Shown one piece after another: positions 62,712-64,000 of a stretch of DNA of 64,000 nucleotides. Under the pieces are notes generated by a model. It was given only the letters and a program-made list of their open reading frames with translations, had not been told where the DNA came from and made no database searches. Source of the stretch: Ignavibacteriota bacterium. Lineage in GTDB: Bacteria > Bacteroidota > Ignavibacteria > Palsa-1295. The stretch lies in NCBI GenBank assembly GCA_963736195.1, contig CAVTNP010000001.1:690133-754132 (forward strand), read 5' to 3'. Each line of letters starts with the position of its first letter. Positions within the stretch are counted from its first letter, which is position 1. Position numbers and translations under genes: made by a program.

Positions 62712-64000
62712 TTATTTCGTTACCACGACCCGCTCCACATCGCGCTCACCGTTGTCAGTGGTGGTGACGAGGAGATAGACGCCTGCCGGTAACTGCGAGA
62801 GATCGAGCTGTGCATCTCCAGTGGTGGACGAAGTCACCCCGCCATTCAGCACTTCCTGGCCAAGAAGGTTACGCACGCTGAAGTAGGCACGCGGTGCGTC
62901 CGAAAGCTGATAGTGAACCGTTGCCGGGCCGATCGTTGGATTCGGATAGACCGAGATCGCAAGCTGCTTCGATTGCGGCGCTGGAGTTGAATTAACTGCC
63001 GCAGGCATCGCCGCCGTTAGCTCCGGCGATGGTTCATACCAGAAGATGAGTTCGTTCGGATGCTCCGCATTCTTTAGGTTGACGACGCGGATGGGGATGA
63101 GGTGATTGAGATTTAACGGATCGCTTACAAACGAACCATAGACGGAATCAATATCAGGCATCCGTAAATCAAAATTTTCTACATTCGGAATTGAATCGAT
63201 TGGCTTTTTCATTGCAATCATCTTTTTGATAGCAAAATGCGAAATCGAATCGACAAATTTTTTGCTAAATGCTTCGTCAAGACTGTCCGTAACAAACACT
63301 CGCGTTTCCGTTGATACCCTTGTATGGCTTCCTGGAGTTTGAGAAATGGTATTTCGGATGCTCTGAGTAAAATCATTTTTGACATTGGCGCGGACAGTTA
63401 TCGGATTTCCATTGATCGTCGTATCAACGATCTTTTGGAGCATCGAATCGTCATCAAACACAGGGAGAATATCCATTTTCCCACTTTCATTTACAAAATT
63501 TTTGATGATTTCAGTTTGCGGTTTGCTATGAGATGAGTCCGCAAATTCTAAGAAAAACATTCTTTTCGCACCACTTGCTGTGGTAATCAGCTTTGGTGGA
63601 GGAAGAATATTAACGTTCGGCTCTTTTTGATGTGAGGTCGAGAAGTGCATTCGAACTGCACCAGTTGGAAGAAGGGAAAAATGATTGTAATAATCATCTT
63701 TCGTTCCAACTCCCTCGTAAAAATCAATATCCCCGTTATCTTCAAGCACAATGCCGAGCTTGGCAAGCTGGTCGGGCGAAAGCTCGACGGGTTGCAGGCT
63801 GTCGGCAGTTGCAATGGGGGTTTCGGGAATTTTTACGCTAGCTAAGGTGGCCTCGTTTAATGGGCATACGACAAATGAGGGTTTATTTCTTGGCGGTGTT
63901 GCAAAATGTTGCGTACCCCCCTCCGTCCTCTCTGACCCATAGTTCGTATGGGACAATACGGGTTCTTTTGTGATTGCGGTTGTGCTTGGCTGGGGTGTTT
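62712..64000 (-). CDS. Partial CDS (N-terminus beyond window end): secreted protein with T9SS C-terminal sorting domain, paralog of the anti-sigma-like protein at 45630-47978
   Basis: Shares ELSPDQLAKLGIV, LIFWYEPSPELTAAMP and the C-terminal Por tail with 45630-47978. The reading frame stays open to the window edge. Confidence 0.65.
   Translation of the reverse strand, partial: TPQPSTTAITKEPVLSHTNYGSERTEGGTQHFATPPRNKPSFVVCPLNEATLASVKIPETPIATADSLQPVELSPDQLAKLGIVLEDNGDIDFYEGVGTKDDYYNHFSLLPTGAVRMHFSTSHQKEPNVNILPPPKLITTASGAKRMFFLEFADSSHSKPQTEIIKNFVNESGKMDILPVFDDDSMLQKIVDTTINGNPITVRANVKNDFTQSIRNTISQTPGSHTRVSTETRVFVTDSLDEAFSKKFVDSISHFAIKKMIAMKKPIDSIPNVENFDLRMPDIDSVYGSFVSDPLNLNHLIPIRVVNLKNAEHPNELIFWYEPSPELTAAMPAAVNSTPAPQSKQLAISVYPNPTIGPATVHYQLSDAPRAYFSVRNLLGQEVLNGGVTSSTTGDAQLDLSQLPAGVYLLVTTTDNGERDVERVVVTK

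Noticed and set aside
1-64000. Searched by eye for CRISPR arrays, rRNA, tRNA and integrase-bounded prophage
   Set aside because: No regularly spaced repeat-spacer array, no tRNA-like cloverleaf sequences in intergenic regions, and no rRNA. The only recombinase is a housekeeping-type xerD, and no phage structural genes are present. The repeats present are dispersed hairpin or MITE-like elements rather than CRISPR.

Overview
This is a chromosomal segment from a Gram-negative bacterium that uses the type IX secretion system (T9SS). At least eight genes end in a Por/T9SS C-terminal sorting domain, which points to the Bacteroidota/Ignavibacteriota/Chlorobiota (FCB) group. By eye, the background is moderately GC-rich. 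The window is gene-dense and mostly housekeeping, and the identifiable genes are listed below.
- Start of window to nuo: a SulP transporter, PPK2, QueG, and a partial complex I cluster nuoA-B-C-D followed by a Rieske ferredoxin.
- Then to sdhCD: cyclophilin, an MFS transporter, PlsC, a ZIP metal transporter, and sdhC/sdhD.
- Then to cmk: TrmH, an LPS cluster kdsA-kdsD-lptC-like, a sugar epimerase, and cmk.
- Then to recX: two ECF sigma/anti-sigma-like modules, recA, and recX.
- Then to the window end: a DnaQ-GIY-YIG nuclease, GT2 and GT9 glycosyltransferases, hpf, xerD, smg, ybeY, a ParE-type toxin-antitoxin pair, htrA, pirin and tmk.
I saw no rRNA, tRNA or CRISPR array.
On top of this sit several layers of unexplained structure.
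- A dispersed ~30-50 bp repeat family, two copies of which form perfect inverted repeats around a single GxxExxY/PDDEXK gene.
- A GC-rich hairpin family. Some copies act as terminators, one masks the Shine-Dalgarno of an ECF sigma gene, and two are inserted in-frame inside xerD.
- AT-rich heptamer-repeat hairpins in the nuoB/nuoA and recX/ybbR gaps.
- recA sits between two AT-rich islands. One carries three translationally coupled genes of unknown function. The other carries a GIY-YIG nuclease gene coupled to recA, plus a tandem lipoprotein array that separates recA from recX.
- Two ECF sigma factors are each followed by an anti-sigma-like single-pass membrane protein with an unusual envelope-targeting C-terminus. 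One ends in an outer-membrane beta-barrel domain and the other in a T9SS sorting domain.
The last two items are the best candidates for undescribed systems.
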